Source: Methanobacteriota archaeon (GTDB lineage: Archaea > Thermoplasmatota > Poseidoniia > Poseidoniales > Thalassarchaeaceae). Taken from it: DNA of 64,000 nt. The notes beneath the pieces were generated by a model, which saw nothing but the letters and a program-made list of their open reading frames with translations, ran no database searches and was not told where the DNA came from. The translations under genes and the position numbers were made by a program. Shown piece after piece: positions 1 through 8,885 of the stretch. How positions within the stretch are numbered: the stretch's first letter is position 1; each line of letters begins with the position of its first letter. Where the stretch lies: NCBI GenBank assembly GCA_011523055.1, contig WTHQ01000037.1, forward strand, positions 3,210 to 67,209. The letters are read 5' to 3'.

Positions 1-1597
1 ACCAACCAGGGTCCTCATCTGATCGATGGAATTGGGCACAAGGAACCTTATGTCTGTGAAGTAGACGTATGGCTTGCCATCTTCAGGTGCGAATATGTGC
101 TTGAACGGGGACTGTCCAGGCACCTCACCAAGGTCATCTAGCCTGTAGAGTGTCTTCAGAGCGTTGGTTCCAATTGATTGAATGCATCTTCTGATGATCC
201 TCTCCGGAGCCGCAGAGACGTCATTGAAGGTGTCCATGTACTCGCTCATGGTCATGATGTCGTAACCACGGGCCGCGAGAATGGTGTGGACGTTTGGTCC
301 CTGAACGTTTTCGCCATCAACGGTGGCGGAACTGATCCACTTCGCACCTCTGCTGCTTTCACTCCTTGCAACGAGGTCAGCGTAGGCCGTGAACCTCCGG
401 GAAACCCTGTTCATGAAGTCGGCTTGGTCAAGTTTCGTGAAGAGCGATGCTGTGAAGTTTGTCTTCAATGCGTGGTCTGCGACTTGACTTGCATTTACGC
501 ATGTCAGCAGGTTACCTTGGTCATCAGGATAGACAACGAGTCTCCTACGCTTGCCTCCCCCTCCTAGGGTCCCGGTCTCATTGCTGGTAAGATAGTATCC
601 CAATGCGGCTGTTACTTCGAACAACCTAGCATACTTGTCTTCGTCGCTGGCTCCCCTGATCCACTCGTCGATACCAGGTTCGACCAAGTGGAACTCGAGT
701 GGGACTAGCTCCGACCCGCCTCCGAACATCTGTCTGACGGTTGCGGACCTCATCATTCCCATCATTGTGTAGAGGGAGGTCTTTCCGGTTGTGATGTACA
801 CATCTGTTATTCCGTCCTCTCCGAACGATGTCCTCCTGTCTGGCATGTTGACAAGCAGGTTGAATGCTGTTGCATTCTCCCTGTTGCCATCGACTGCGGG
901 CCAGATCCATGAGTAGGGTCTGGTCATGATGTAGCCACTGGCGTCCTTGCCGAAGCCTGCGGGTGAGTACCTTGTCCAACCTAGTCGGTTGTTGAAGGTG
1001 ACTCCTCTGTGCATCAGAGAGGGGTAGTAGACCTTGTCCTGGGGGTCTGATCCAGGTACGACTCCTCTATGACCAAGGCCCCACAAGACCGGTTCCCACT
1101 CTGCGAAGTCCGCATCCCCTTTACCGAGGAATGGGTGATCGTCCGAGATATTCGCCTTCGGTTTTCCATTGCTGGCAAGCACTGAACCTCCTAGCCTGTC
1201 TTCGTCTCCAGTTGAGCAAAAGAAAAGCGTCTGAGTAGTGGCCACTTGCTTTGGGGTCCACATATTGGCATTGACAACTGTCTTTTGGCGGATGAAGTCT
1301 GCGGGAGTGTCAATCCTCCTTTCGAATTTAAATCTCTGAGTGTCAATCCAAGAAGAACCAAGGAACAGGTTGGTGTTCATGAGTCGTGCTTTACCTGGTC
1401 CGACATAGCGCTCGATCGGGTTGTCTTTTGCCTCATCGTTGCCGTCTAGCCTCTCCCATGGACCTTCCTCTGGGATGTGTTTCAGGAATCTTTGGTAGTC
1501 GAGCTCCTTGCTCTCAGCGTCCTTGATACTGTCCTGAATCGCATCCATCAGCCGGACGTAGGTCTCTGAGGGTGCAATTGTCTTGGTTTTTCTCATT
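1..1597 (-). CDS. Conserved hypothetical soluble protein, C-terminus cut by the window edge (at least 532 aa); family not recognised
   Basis: Uninterrupted minus-strand frame from an ATG (reverse complement of cat at 1595-1597) to position 1. It is absent from the ORF track only because no stop falls in the window. N-terminus MRKTKTIAPSETYVRLMDAIQ. Globular with no TM segment. Contains GKTSLYTMMGMMRSATVRQMFGGG but no motif I can assign. Confidence 0.55.
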
Positions 1598-1639
1598 TCA
1601 GTGTTCGATATGCTTCTATGCTCCCACATTTTTTTCACC

Positions 1640-1879
1640 TCAGAATTTTTGTTCAGGCTCTGGCTCAGGCTCTTCCTTCCTTCTCGATGGCATGGAAGGC
1701 ATGGATAGACCCCCTGAGAAGAGGAGGGATGCTGAAACGGCTATTGAGCCGAAGCCGGCACCTACCTTGACGAGGTCACCAGTGTCACCAGTGAGTACGA
1801 ACGCATCAAGGAGTGTGATCGCTCCTATTGCTCCAGAGAGGATGATGGGCATCATTGGTTTTGCGTCGGCTTCACTCAT
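1640..1879 (-). CDS. Small Gly/Ala-rich hydrophobic protein (79 aa) with an EPEPEPEQ tail, immediately upstream of the 1..1597 gene
   Basis: ORF-track ORF. Glycine-zipper-like hydrophobic core (ILSGAIGAITLL, GAGFGSIAVSASLLFSGG). It sits 43 nt from the downstream gene, suggesting co-transcription. Confidence 0.4.
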   Translation of the reverse strand: MSEADAKPMMPIILSGAIGAITLLDAFVLTGDTGDLVKVGAGFGSIAVSASLLFSGGLSMPSMPSRRKEEPEPEPEQKF

Positions 1880-2006
1880 TGAATCGGGCTTAGATCGTCA
1901 ATGTATATATTTACTCTCACTGAGTATACTTCATGGCGGTGGTAATCATCGATCCAGAGTGGTAATGCGACGACTCGACTTAATTGGAAGGAACATCTAG
2001 AACCTA

Positions 2007-2309
2007 GTGCTACTGCGGTGCCACATGAGTGGGAGATCCAAGATGATCAGGAAGATGGGTTTCACGCTTCGGTCCTCGTTATCTTGGATTCGTCCCGCTG
2101 CAGCAGCCGTCATTGCTTATGCAGTGCTCGATTTAGTTGAATTGTGGCAATGGGGAGGGGTCTTTCTTCTCATTTATCTCATGGAGATTGTCTCCGTTTA
2201 CCTCGCGGTTCCCAGCTCAGACGGGGATGACTACGACAACGAAGGTGGACTCTCGGGGGAAGTGTCCAAAGGAAAGAAGAAGCTCCCCAAGCTAAAGAAG
2301 AAGTTCTAG
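2007..2309 (+). CDS. Small putative two-TM protein with an acidic segment and a Lys-rich C-terminal tail (KGKKKLPKLKKKF)
   Basis: ORF-track ORF. Two hydrophobic helices. No known motif, and the start is uncertain (several in-frame Met). Confidence 0.3.
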   Translation: MLLRCHMSGRSKMIRKMGFTLRSSLSWIRPAAAAVIAYAVLDLVELWQWGGVFLLIYLMEIVSVYLAVPSSDGDDYDNEGGLSGEVSKGKKKLPKLKKKF

Positions 2310-2310
2310 C

Positions 2311-3519
2311 TCAAATTTCACCCAGTGTGATTATGACAGTCTGTTTCCGCGTCCTCCTGACGTTGAATCCTCCATCCACGAGCATTTCCTCGACCAGATC
2401 CAGCACGCGCTGTGTAACGTCCAACTGGACACCCCAGTATGCAACCTCGCCCTCTGAGTTGCCTGAGAACAGATGATCTCCATCTTCGCTGAACCTGACG
2501 TCATTTATGGAGCCCCTGTTCCCCCTCAGAGTCTTTCGCTCCACACATGTCTCGAGATCCCATAGCCTGATTGTGTTGTCCTTGGAGGCGCTAGCCATTA
2601 ACCTGTGATCGGGTGAAATTGAGATAGCGTGGACATCTCCTGAGTGACCGGTGAAGGTGCCAGTCATTTCCCGTTGGTGGGAATTCCATTTCTGAATCTG
2701 CTTGGCACTCCCAGCGATTATCACCGTTCTCTCGTCATCCAGCATTTTCACGGCCTTGATGGGGTTTGAGAATTCACTTGTTCCGGAGAGATGGGTGTGG
2801 TCTTGTGGCCTCCAGACGTTGACCGACCCGTCGTCACTACCACTTACTAGGGTCATACCGCTCGGTGAGAAGGCTAGCGAGGTGACCGTTCCATCGTGAG
2901 CTCGGAATTCGCTCCTTGTCTCGAGTGTGTCCAAATCCGATATCCTCACGTTCCCGTTGTAGAGGCCAGTGGCAATGGTACGTGTGTTGGAATCTACTGC
3001 CAAGCTGAGTACGCCAAAGCCCCCAAGATCGAGGGTGCTTTGATGCACACAATCAGGTAGTGACCAGAAATGGACTGTTTTGTCCAATGACCCACATGCC
3101 AGAATATCACGTTGTTCGGTTGTTTCTAGACGGGCGTTGTAGGCTGTCTTCTCCAGGGTCCTGACCTCGTCCTTCGATAGAGGGTTCCAAAGGTGAATCC
3201 TTTGGTCCATCCCCGCAGAAGCACAAGTAGAGTTTGCCACGAAGGATACCGATGTCACAGGGTCCTTATGCAAGATCCGAGAGTATAGAGGTCCGCCCAA
3301 CATAATCTCAACACTGTCCCTAGGCCCGCTGAGTGAGGAGATTTTCTCTTTGATCCTGAATATCCTGATGAAGTCGAGGGCAGTCTGCCGCTCGCCCTCC
3401 TCAGTGGCGATCCTGTCTTCCTCGATCTTCTCTCTGATGTTTCCACTGAGCCCTGAGAATGGATTCTCGGGCTTGTCTCGATTGGCCTCAGGATCTGTCT
3501 TTTCCACCATTCCAAGCAA
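2311..3519 (-). CDS. WD40-repeat beta-propeller protein
   Basis: Repeated WD-type motifs (HLWNP, VHFWSLPD, VNVWRPQ, IRLWDLET, VAYWGV) with GH..D spacing. No signal peptide. Sits 14 nt downstream of the giant surface-protein gene. Confidence 0.8.
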   Translation of the reverse strand: MLGMVEKTDPEANRDKPENPFSGLSGNIREKIEEDRIATEEGERQTALDFIRIFRIKEKISSLSGPRDSVEIMLGGPLYSRILHKDPVTSVSFVANSTCASAGMDQRIHLWNPLSKDEVRTLEKTAYNARLETTEQRDILACGSLDKTVHFWSLPDCVHQSTLDLGGFGVLSLAVDSNTRTIATGLYNGNVRISDLDTLETRSEFRAHDGTVTSLAFSPSGMTLVSGSDDGSVNVWRPQDHTHLSGTSEFSNPIKAVKMLDDERTVIIAGSAKQIQKWNSHQREMTGTFTGHSGDVHAISISPDHRLMASASKDNTIRLWDLETCVERKTLRGNRGSINDVRFSEDGDHLFSGNSEGEVAYWGVQLDVTQRVLDLVEEMLVDGGFNVRRTRKQTVIITLGEI

Positions 3520-3532
3520 CCCCTAGGACAGG

Positions 3533-6500
3533 TCATTCCTGCTTAGATTCCTCCATCGACCTGATCCGCTTCTTTAGTCGATCTCGAATCAATGGGGCCA
3601 TAAACAGGGCTGCAACAAGCACCAATGCGATAAAAGCTCCGAAAACTGCGAATGTTTCGCTCACTCTGGCGGCGACTGCTTCGCATTCCTTGTTGTTGTC
3701 GACATCGCTGGGGATGCTATTGAAGTCCAGTGGGTCCGATCTGCACCTTATCTCATCAAGGTCTGTCCACCCATCTCCATCATCATCGAGATCGATAATT
3801 AGTGTAGATGGGATGCCTTCAACCAAAAAGTCGGTGAGCCCGTCCCCGTCTGTATCCAGGTAGGCTGCGGGGTCGAGTGGGAAGGCGTCTGGACCCGCCT
3901 CACAAATGCCGTTAGTGGCTAGGCTGCCATCGCAAATCCCGTCATTGTCTGCGTCTGGATCGGCATTGTCTCCCATGCCGTCCCCGTCGACATCAGAATT
4001 CTCAGTTGGGTCTGCAGGGAATGGGTCTTCTAGGTCCGACGTACCATCGAGGTCACAATCTAGCTTGAGTGTGCAGCCCTCATGTTCGTCAACATTGAGC
4101 AGCCCGTCTCCATCTGAGTCTGTGTCCGCATTGTCACCAATTCCGTCGTTATCGAAATCACTCCAATCATTGGGGTCCTCTGGGTATTTGTCCTGGTCGT
4201 TGAAGACTCCGTCCCCATCCATGTCTGGATCCTCATCGTCGCAAATGTAGTCTCCATCGATATCGTCGGGCACGTCATTGGGATTCAGTGATGAGGAGTC
4301 GCATTTGTATTCCATGCTGTCAGAATACCCATCCCCGTCATCATCCGCATCCTCATCTCCGTAGAACGCAATCCATGTTGGATCGACCTGGTCTGCCAAC
4401 TGATCATTGTCTCTGTCCATCGGTACGTCTGGGTCGAAGGGCGCGGGATCCTCCCCCCTTGAGCAGACGTTGGGGACCTCGTTGCTACCATCGCAAAACC
4501 CGTCGCCATCCGAATCAGGGTTGAGGGGGTCGGTGCCGCGGTCCGAGGCCGAGATGTAGACCCCGGTGCCGGTCTCTACCGAGTCGTCCAACCCATCTCC
4601 GTCATCGTCTTGGTCTTCGATGAATATTACTGCGGCGTCTTCGGGCAGGTCGTCCCATAGCCCGTCGCCATCAGAATCTCTCGGTAGAGAAGGGTCAGTC
4701 GGATATGGATCTGGCCCGGCTGTACAGGCTTCTCTCTGATAGGGCCCATCACAGATTCCGTCGCCATCTGAGTCCACAACTGTTGGGTCTGTGCCTGTGG
4801 CTAACTCATCCGAATCAAGCACTCCGTCGTTGTCATCATCAGTATCTGATAGGTCCCCCACCGTATCTCCGTCAGTATCAAGCCAGTCAGACGGGTCTAG
4901 TGGGAAGTCGTCCTCGGTGTCCAGGAAGCCGTCATTGTCATCATCCTCATCAGCGACAGCGGGGCCTTCACCATCAAAGTCATCATCTGCCAACATGTCT
5001 CCATCTGTGTCAACAGGGACCTCTGGGTCCAAGGGGTCAGGATCTGGCCCATGGGAACAGGTCCCCGGCACCGAATTGACGCCGTCGCAGAATCCATCAT
5101 CATCAGTGTCTTCATCCAGAGATGACGAGCCCAAGGTTGCCTCTTGGAGATCGCTCATCCCATCGTTGTCGTCATCCAGATCGGAGGTCATTTCCGTGAA
5201 GGCGGAGATGCTCTCTGGAACCCAGTCTGGAATCCCATCCAAGTCATAGTCAGATAGAACTGCCAACTCGATTTCAATAGTCGCGATGGTTCCGCTTGAG
5301 TTGACCGCTGACACAGTGTACGTACTCAATGGGGTCACCTGTAGGGGAGTGCCAGAGATGGTGCCAGTAACTGGTGAAATCTCCAAGCCAAACGGCAGTT
5401 GTGGGCTTATAGACCATGAGACGGCCGAGTTGTTGGTTGCGTTCTTGATAACCCAGAGATCGCTGCCAGTCCCATCATTCGCGTCAAAGTAGAGGTTCCT
5501 TTCGAGGAAGACATATCCAGTATTTCGCCCTGATTCGCTTGATTGTGACCCTGCCCTAACATCGCTGATCATACTCACCGTAAAATCGGAAAGGTCGAGG
5601 GAATGAGGCTCATACCCATTTCCGTCTGTTGACGCAGTGAAGTAAACTATCCCATCGTCACTAGTTGTAAACCCACTATGTTGACCTGGATATGAGGATA
5701 TTGAGCCGGCTTTTAGGTCAGAGGTTAGCCATGCAGTGGCATTGTCTGGCGAGTATAGCCACAGCTCATTTCCCGATTGGCCGTCGTTCGCTGAGAACCC
5801 AACGACTTGCCCTAGCCTGTGGATGCCAGAGGAAGTGGATCCAGGGTTGCTACCACTGGACCCGGGCCTCAAATCTGTATGACGTTGACAGGAGTTGGAT
5901 GATGAGTCATAGGACCAGAGCTCTGCCCCATGACCCTCGTCTCTTGCCGAGAAGTATGCCTTCGTTCCGAATATCGCGATTTCACCGGAGCTGACACTCG
6001 GTTGGCCACTAGAGCTGCCGGGCCATATGTCACACAGAAGGGTGGCTCCCGATTCGAGGCTGTCTATGTCAATTCCCCAGAGTTCAGTGCCGGAATTACC
6101 GTCATTCGCGTCGAAAATTACAATGCTGCCCACCTGTTGGAAACCCAGTTGGAATCCTGGTAGACTCGGAGAATTACCCCCGTTTAGATCGCCGAGTGAC
6201 GAGAACGAGCCAGTGGTGGCATCTACAACCCACGGCTCGTATCCTGAGGTGCCGTCCTGGGCATCGAACAAGAGCCAGCGATCATTGATTGCATGCAGCC
6301 CTGAGAAGGTTCCCGGGTCAGAGCCTTGCTGGCCGGGATTAAGGTCTGCCACCATTTGAGATATCCCTGTCGCTGGATCGTGGCTCCAGAGCTCATTTCC
6401 GTTAACCCCGTCATCAGCGTTGAACCAAATCTTCCCAGCCAGTGGCACCAGACCTGTGGTGCTGCCTGGATTGCTCCCTGAAATGCCCTGTCGGATGTCC

Positions 6501-7129
6501 ACGACCATCCAGTGGCTGTTGTTGGAGGGGTCATAGGCCCAAACCTCTGGCCCTGAGGATTGATCTGTTGCGTCGAAGTAGAGTACGTGATTGAGGGGGG
6601 CTATCCCCCCGAATTTTCCAATCTGTCCGCCCTGTGATGTTGATTGGGCGATTGATGTCAATTGATTGAGTGAACCCGTTGATGGGTCATACTGTTGGAG
6701 CTGTGAGACTGGATTGTTGGCGTCGAAATACAGCATTCCATCCATCGCAACCATGCCATGATTGGGTCCGAGGATGGATGATCCTCCTTGCAGACTGTAT
6801 TCCTTCGAGGGGGCCTCGGCCTCTGGGCAAACTATCGGCGGGCTGCAATCTCCATTTGCCTCGGCTCCGAAGGCTTGGAAGGCGTCGAAGTGAAGCTGGT
6901 CTATCTCACTTCCAAAAACCATAATGCTGGGGTGGTCGAAATTTGCCTCCAACCCGGAATCGACGTGTGTATCCATTCTCTGTGGGTGGCTGGTATATTC
7001 CGCGGTTTGCCCGTGGGAGAAGAACAATGCAATGATGATCATGATCGCGCCGGATCTTGATCGGCCATGCGAGAAGGTCATCGTTTCCCCCAACCCTCCA
7101 TTATTCAAAAATTCGATCCATTGAAGCAC
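3533..7129 (-). CDS. Giant (about 1200 aa) cell-surface protein: signal peptide, ELW-repeat beta-propeller region, Ig-like (He_PIG-type) domain, long Asp-rich thrombospondin-type-3-like calcium-binding repeat region, C-terminal TM anchor with basic tail
   Basis: Single 1198-codon ORF. N-terminal hydrophobic signal (the more likely start is M17, MTFSHGRSRSGAIMIIIALFF, at 7081). At least six repeats carry G[NT]ELW..D (GNELWSHDP, GTELWGIDID, GAELWSYDS, GNELWLYSP, GSDLWVIK). He_PIG-like stretch ISPVTGTISGTPLQVTPLSTYTVSAVNSSG. About 350 aa of DxDxDG.xDxxD units (DTDGDGLTD, DADNDGICDG, DSDGDGLLNVDE). C-terminus FAVFGAFIALVLVAALFMAPLIRDRLKKRIR. The many alternative-frame ORFs in the track are codon-bias artefacts of the Asp/Ser-rich DNA. 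Confidence 0.85.
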   Translation of the reverse strand: MLQWIEFLNNGGLGETMTFSHGRSRSGAIMIIIALFFSHGQTAEYTSHPQRMDTHVDSGLEANFDHPSIMVFGSEIDQLHFDAFQAFGAEANGDCSPPIVCPEAEAPSKEYSLQGGSSILGPNHGMVAMDGMLYFDANNPVSQLQQYDPSTGSLNQLTSIAQSTSQGGQIGKFGGIAPLNHVLYFDATDQSSGPEVWAYDPSNNSHWMVVDIRQGISGSNPGSTTGLVPLAGKIWFNADDGVNGNELWSHDPATGISQMVADLNPGQQGSDPGTFSGLHAINDRWLLFDAQDGTSGYEPWVVDATTGSFSSLGDLNGGNSPSLPGFQLGFQQVGSIVIFDANDGNSGTELWGIDIDSLESGATLLCDIWPGSSSGQPSVSSGEIAIFGTKAYFSARDEGHGAELWSYDSSSNSCQRHTDLRPGSSGSNPGSTSSGIHRLGQVVGFSANDGQSGNELWLYSPDNATAWLTSDLKAGSISSYPGQHSGFTTSDDGIVYFTASTDGNGYEPHSLDLSDFTVSMISDVRAGSQSSESGRNTGYVFLERNLYFDANDGTGSDLWVIKNATNNSAVSWSISPQLPFGLEISPVTGTISGTPLQVTPLSTYTVSAVNSSGTIATIEIELAVLSDYDLDGIPDWVPESISAFTEMTSDLDDDNDGMSDLQEATLGSSSLDEDTDDDGFCDGVNSVPGTCSHGPDPDPLDPEVPVDTDGDMLADDDFDGEGPAVADEDDDNDGFLDTEDDFPLDPSDWLDTDGDTVGDLSDTDDDNDGVLDSDELATGTDPTVVDSDGDGICDGPYQREACTAGPDPYPTDPSLPRDSDGDGLWDDLPEDAAVIFIEDQDDDGDGLDDSVETGTGVYISASDRGTDPLNPDSDGDGFCDGSNEVPNVCSRGEDPAPFDPDVPMDRDNDQLADQVDPTWIAFYGDEDADDDGDGYSDSMEYKCDSSSLNPNDVPDDIDGDYICDDEDPDMDGDGVFNDQDKYPEDPNDWSDFDNDGIGDNADTDSDGDGLLNVDEHEGCTLKLDCDLDGTSDLEDPFPADPTENSDVDGDGMGDNADPDADNDGICDGSLATNGICEAGPDAFPLDPAAYLDTDGDGLTDFLVEGIPSTLIIDLDDDGDGWTDLDEIRCRSDPLDFNSIPSDVDNNKECEAVAARVSETFAVFGAFIALVLVAALFMAPLIRDRLKKRIRSMEESKQE

Positions 7130-7229
7130 TGATGATTCTCAGTTTTCTTACATTCAAATTGAGGGATATAACACCCATAGGAGCCTGCTCATTACCTGTT
7201 GATGACTATTGAGGGGGTCTTCGCGGGTG

Positions 7230-8315
7230 TCAGATTCCTGGCGCTCTTCCAGACATGATCCGACGCCAAACTGGCGGTATCAGGCAGGGCCACCAGCAGG
7301 CATAGTATCCAGATGGGAGCGTTGGGGCGTCTTGATGCGGTCTCAGCCTCCAAAACGGAACTGCGGCGTGCAGGTGGTGGTCGCTGTGCCTGGTTAATTC
7401 TAGTAGGCTCCATCTAGACCACCTCGCTTCGGTGTTCCAAGCATGTTCGGATTGGAATCTCTTGTCAGAGTCCCCTCTCCTTAGTCCCCAATGCCTGATG
7501 TAATTTACGTATTCGAGGGTAAGTATCGCAATTCCAGAGAGTATGGCCCAACCCAATGCAAAAGATGCAGCCCATTGGTAACCAAGTTGATTGAGTGCCA
7601 GTAGTGCCATGAATGCTGTTGCCTGAAGTATTAGGCCCTGGTACGATGGGTTTGAAAGTCCCTTCCTACCTTTTTTGTTGTGTATCTTCACAGATGATGA
7701 GAACTGCCCCGGTATCGTCCTGAACCAGAACGACCAGATGCCCTCATCGACCCTGGCGCTGGCAGGATCCTCGTCCGTGGCGACGTTTTTGTGGTGGTTG
7801 TGATTGTGTTCCGTTGTGAAGTGAGGGTAATTTATGCTGAACAGTAGCATCCTAGCAAGCCTCCATCCCGGGCTTCTCGGCCTTTGGTGGCCTAGCTCAT
7901 GGGCAGTGACGATGGCAGAGGCTGCGGCAGCCAGACCAGTCGAGAGAGATGCTGCCAATAGCCATGGTGAGAGTCCCTCGGTGAATGCGAAGGCGAAGAA
8001 AGATGCTAGCATAATAAAATGCACAATCCCATGGGCCCAAAGAAGTGCGACGAAGGGTGTCCCGGAAGCACGAGGTGGCCTAGCAACCTTGGATTGCCCC
8101 ATTGCTACGTCGAGGATCGGACCTATGACCCAGATGAAGACGACTCCAAGCAATGTGTAGGCCCCGCCCAAGACGTTACCGGCAATAACCAATGAAGGAC
8201 TGATTAACCCCAGAAGGTGGTATGCCCATGGCTCAGGCGAGAGGGACTCCCCCGTTTCGGTCATGTGTTGTTGTCCCCCCTGACAGACAAAAAGGTGTGC
8301 TTGGGGTTTAGTCAC
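7230..8315 (-). CDS. alkB: AlkB-type integral-membrane non-heme di-iron monooxygenase (alkane 1-monooxygenase / fatty-acid desaturase superfamily)
   Basis: All four AlkB histidine signatures are present in order: HELGHQ (box 1 HELxHK), EHNHNHHK (box 2 EHNxGHH), NYIRHWGL (the NYIEHYGL motif) and LTRHSDHHLHA (box 3 LQRHSDHH). Multiple TM segments. Start overlaps the msrA stop (ATGA, 8312-8315). Confidence 0.8.
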   Translation of the reverse strand: MTKPQAHLFVCQGGQQHMTETGESLSPEPWAYHLLGLISPSLVIAGNVLGGAYTLLGVVFIWVIGPILDVAMGQSKVARPPRASGTPFVALLWAHGIVHFIMLASFFAFAFTEGLSPWLLAASLSTGLAAAASAIVTAHELGHQRPRSPGWRLARMLLFSINYPHFTTEHNHNHHKNVATDEDPASARVDEGIWSFWFRTIPGQFSSSVKIHNKKGRKGLSNPSYQGLILQATAFMALLALNQLGYQWAASFALGWAILSGIAILTLEYVNYIRHWGLRRGDSDKRFQSEHAWNTEARWSRWSLLELTRHSDHHLHAAVPFWRLRPHQDAPTLPSGYYACWWPCLIPPVWRRIMSGRAPGI

Positions 8316-8833
8316 TCATAGAGGTCGCCGAAGAGCTTCACTGCTTTGGAAATTTTCGGTGCCACTACGAGGGAGCAGTATGGCTGATTCGGATTTCTCT
8401 CGAAGTAGTCATGATGATAATCCTCTGCGGGCCAGAATGCTTTGGCAGGCTCGACTTCAGTGGCAATTGGTGAACCATAGGTAGGTTGAATCTGTGAAAT
8501 TACCTGATTTATCGTTGTTTTTTGGCTTTCATCCGAGTAGAAAATACACGTTCTATATTGGGGCCCGACATCATTTCCCTGCCTGTTCACTTGAGTTGGA
8601 TCGTGAAGAGCAAAAAACACACGGAGGATTTTGGTCAGATCAATTACAGAGGGATCGAAAACCACCTTTACAACTTCGGCGTGCCCGGTCCTTTTTCCAC
8701 AGACTTGCTCGTATGTTGGATTTGCAACATCCCCCCCCGAATAGCCAGGAGTCGCTCTTGTAACCCCCCTGAGACCAGACATTCCGCCCTCGATGCACCA
8801 GAAGCAACCGCCCCCCAGAATAATTTCATTCAT
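8312..8833 (-). CDS. msrA: Peptide methionine sulfoxide reductase MsrA
   Basis: GGGCFWCIEG active-site motif and PTYEQVC..TGHAEVV. The ORF-track start at 8911 adds 26 atypical residues and overlaps guaB. The internal Met (MNEIILGGGCFWC) at 8833 gives a canonical N-terminus. Confidence 0.85.
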   Translation of the reverse strand: MNEIILGGGCFWCIEGGMSGLRGVTRATPGYSGGDVANPTYEQVCGKRTGHAEVVKVVFDPSVIDLTKILRVFFALHDPTQVNRQGNDVGPQYRTCIFYSDESQKTTINQVISQIQPTYGSPIATEVEPAKAFWPAEDYHHDYFERNPNQPYCSLVVAPKISKAVKLFGDLYE

Positions 8834-8885
8834 TGACCAGGCCAATTGATGGTGTGGTTTGAATCTACGGACCTGTCTTTGATCA

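Noticed and set aside
178-979. ORFs 178..567 (+) and 626..979 (-)
   Set aside because: Both are nested in or antisense to the long uninterrupted minus-strand frame 1..1597. They have Arg/Pro-rich, non-protein-like composition.
1572-2000. ORF 1572..2000 (+), 142 aa
   Set aside because: It overlaps the start of the 1..1597 gene and is antisense to the better-supported small membrane ORF 1640..1879. It contains a low-complexity GSGSGS run.
3906-5249. Several 70-150 aa ORFs on both strands (for example 3906..4250, 4791..5249, 4060..4278) inside the giant surface-protein gene
   Set aside because: They lie entirely within the 1198-codon reading frame. They are Ser/Pro/Thr-rich products of the Asp-codon-biased (GAY-rich) repeat DNA read out of frame, and they have no starts in sensible context.
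4280-5260. Possible CRISPR or tandem DNA repeat in the Asp-rich region
   Set aside because: The repetition is at the protein-motif level (DxDxDG codons) with variable spacing and sequence. There are no identical direct repeats with unique spacers, so it is not a CRISPR array.
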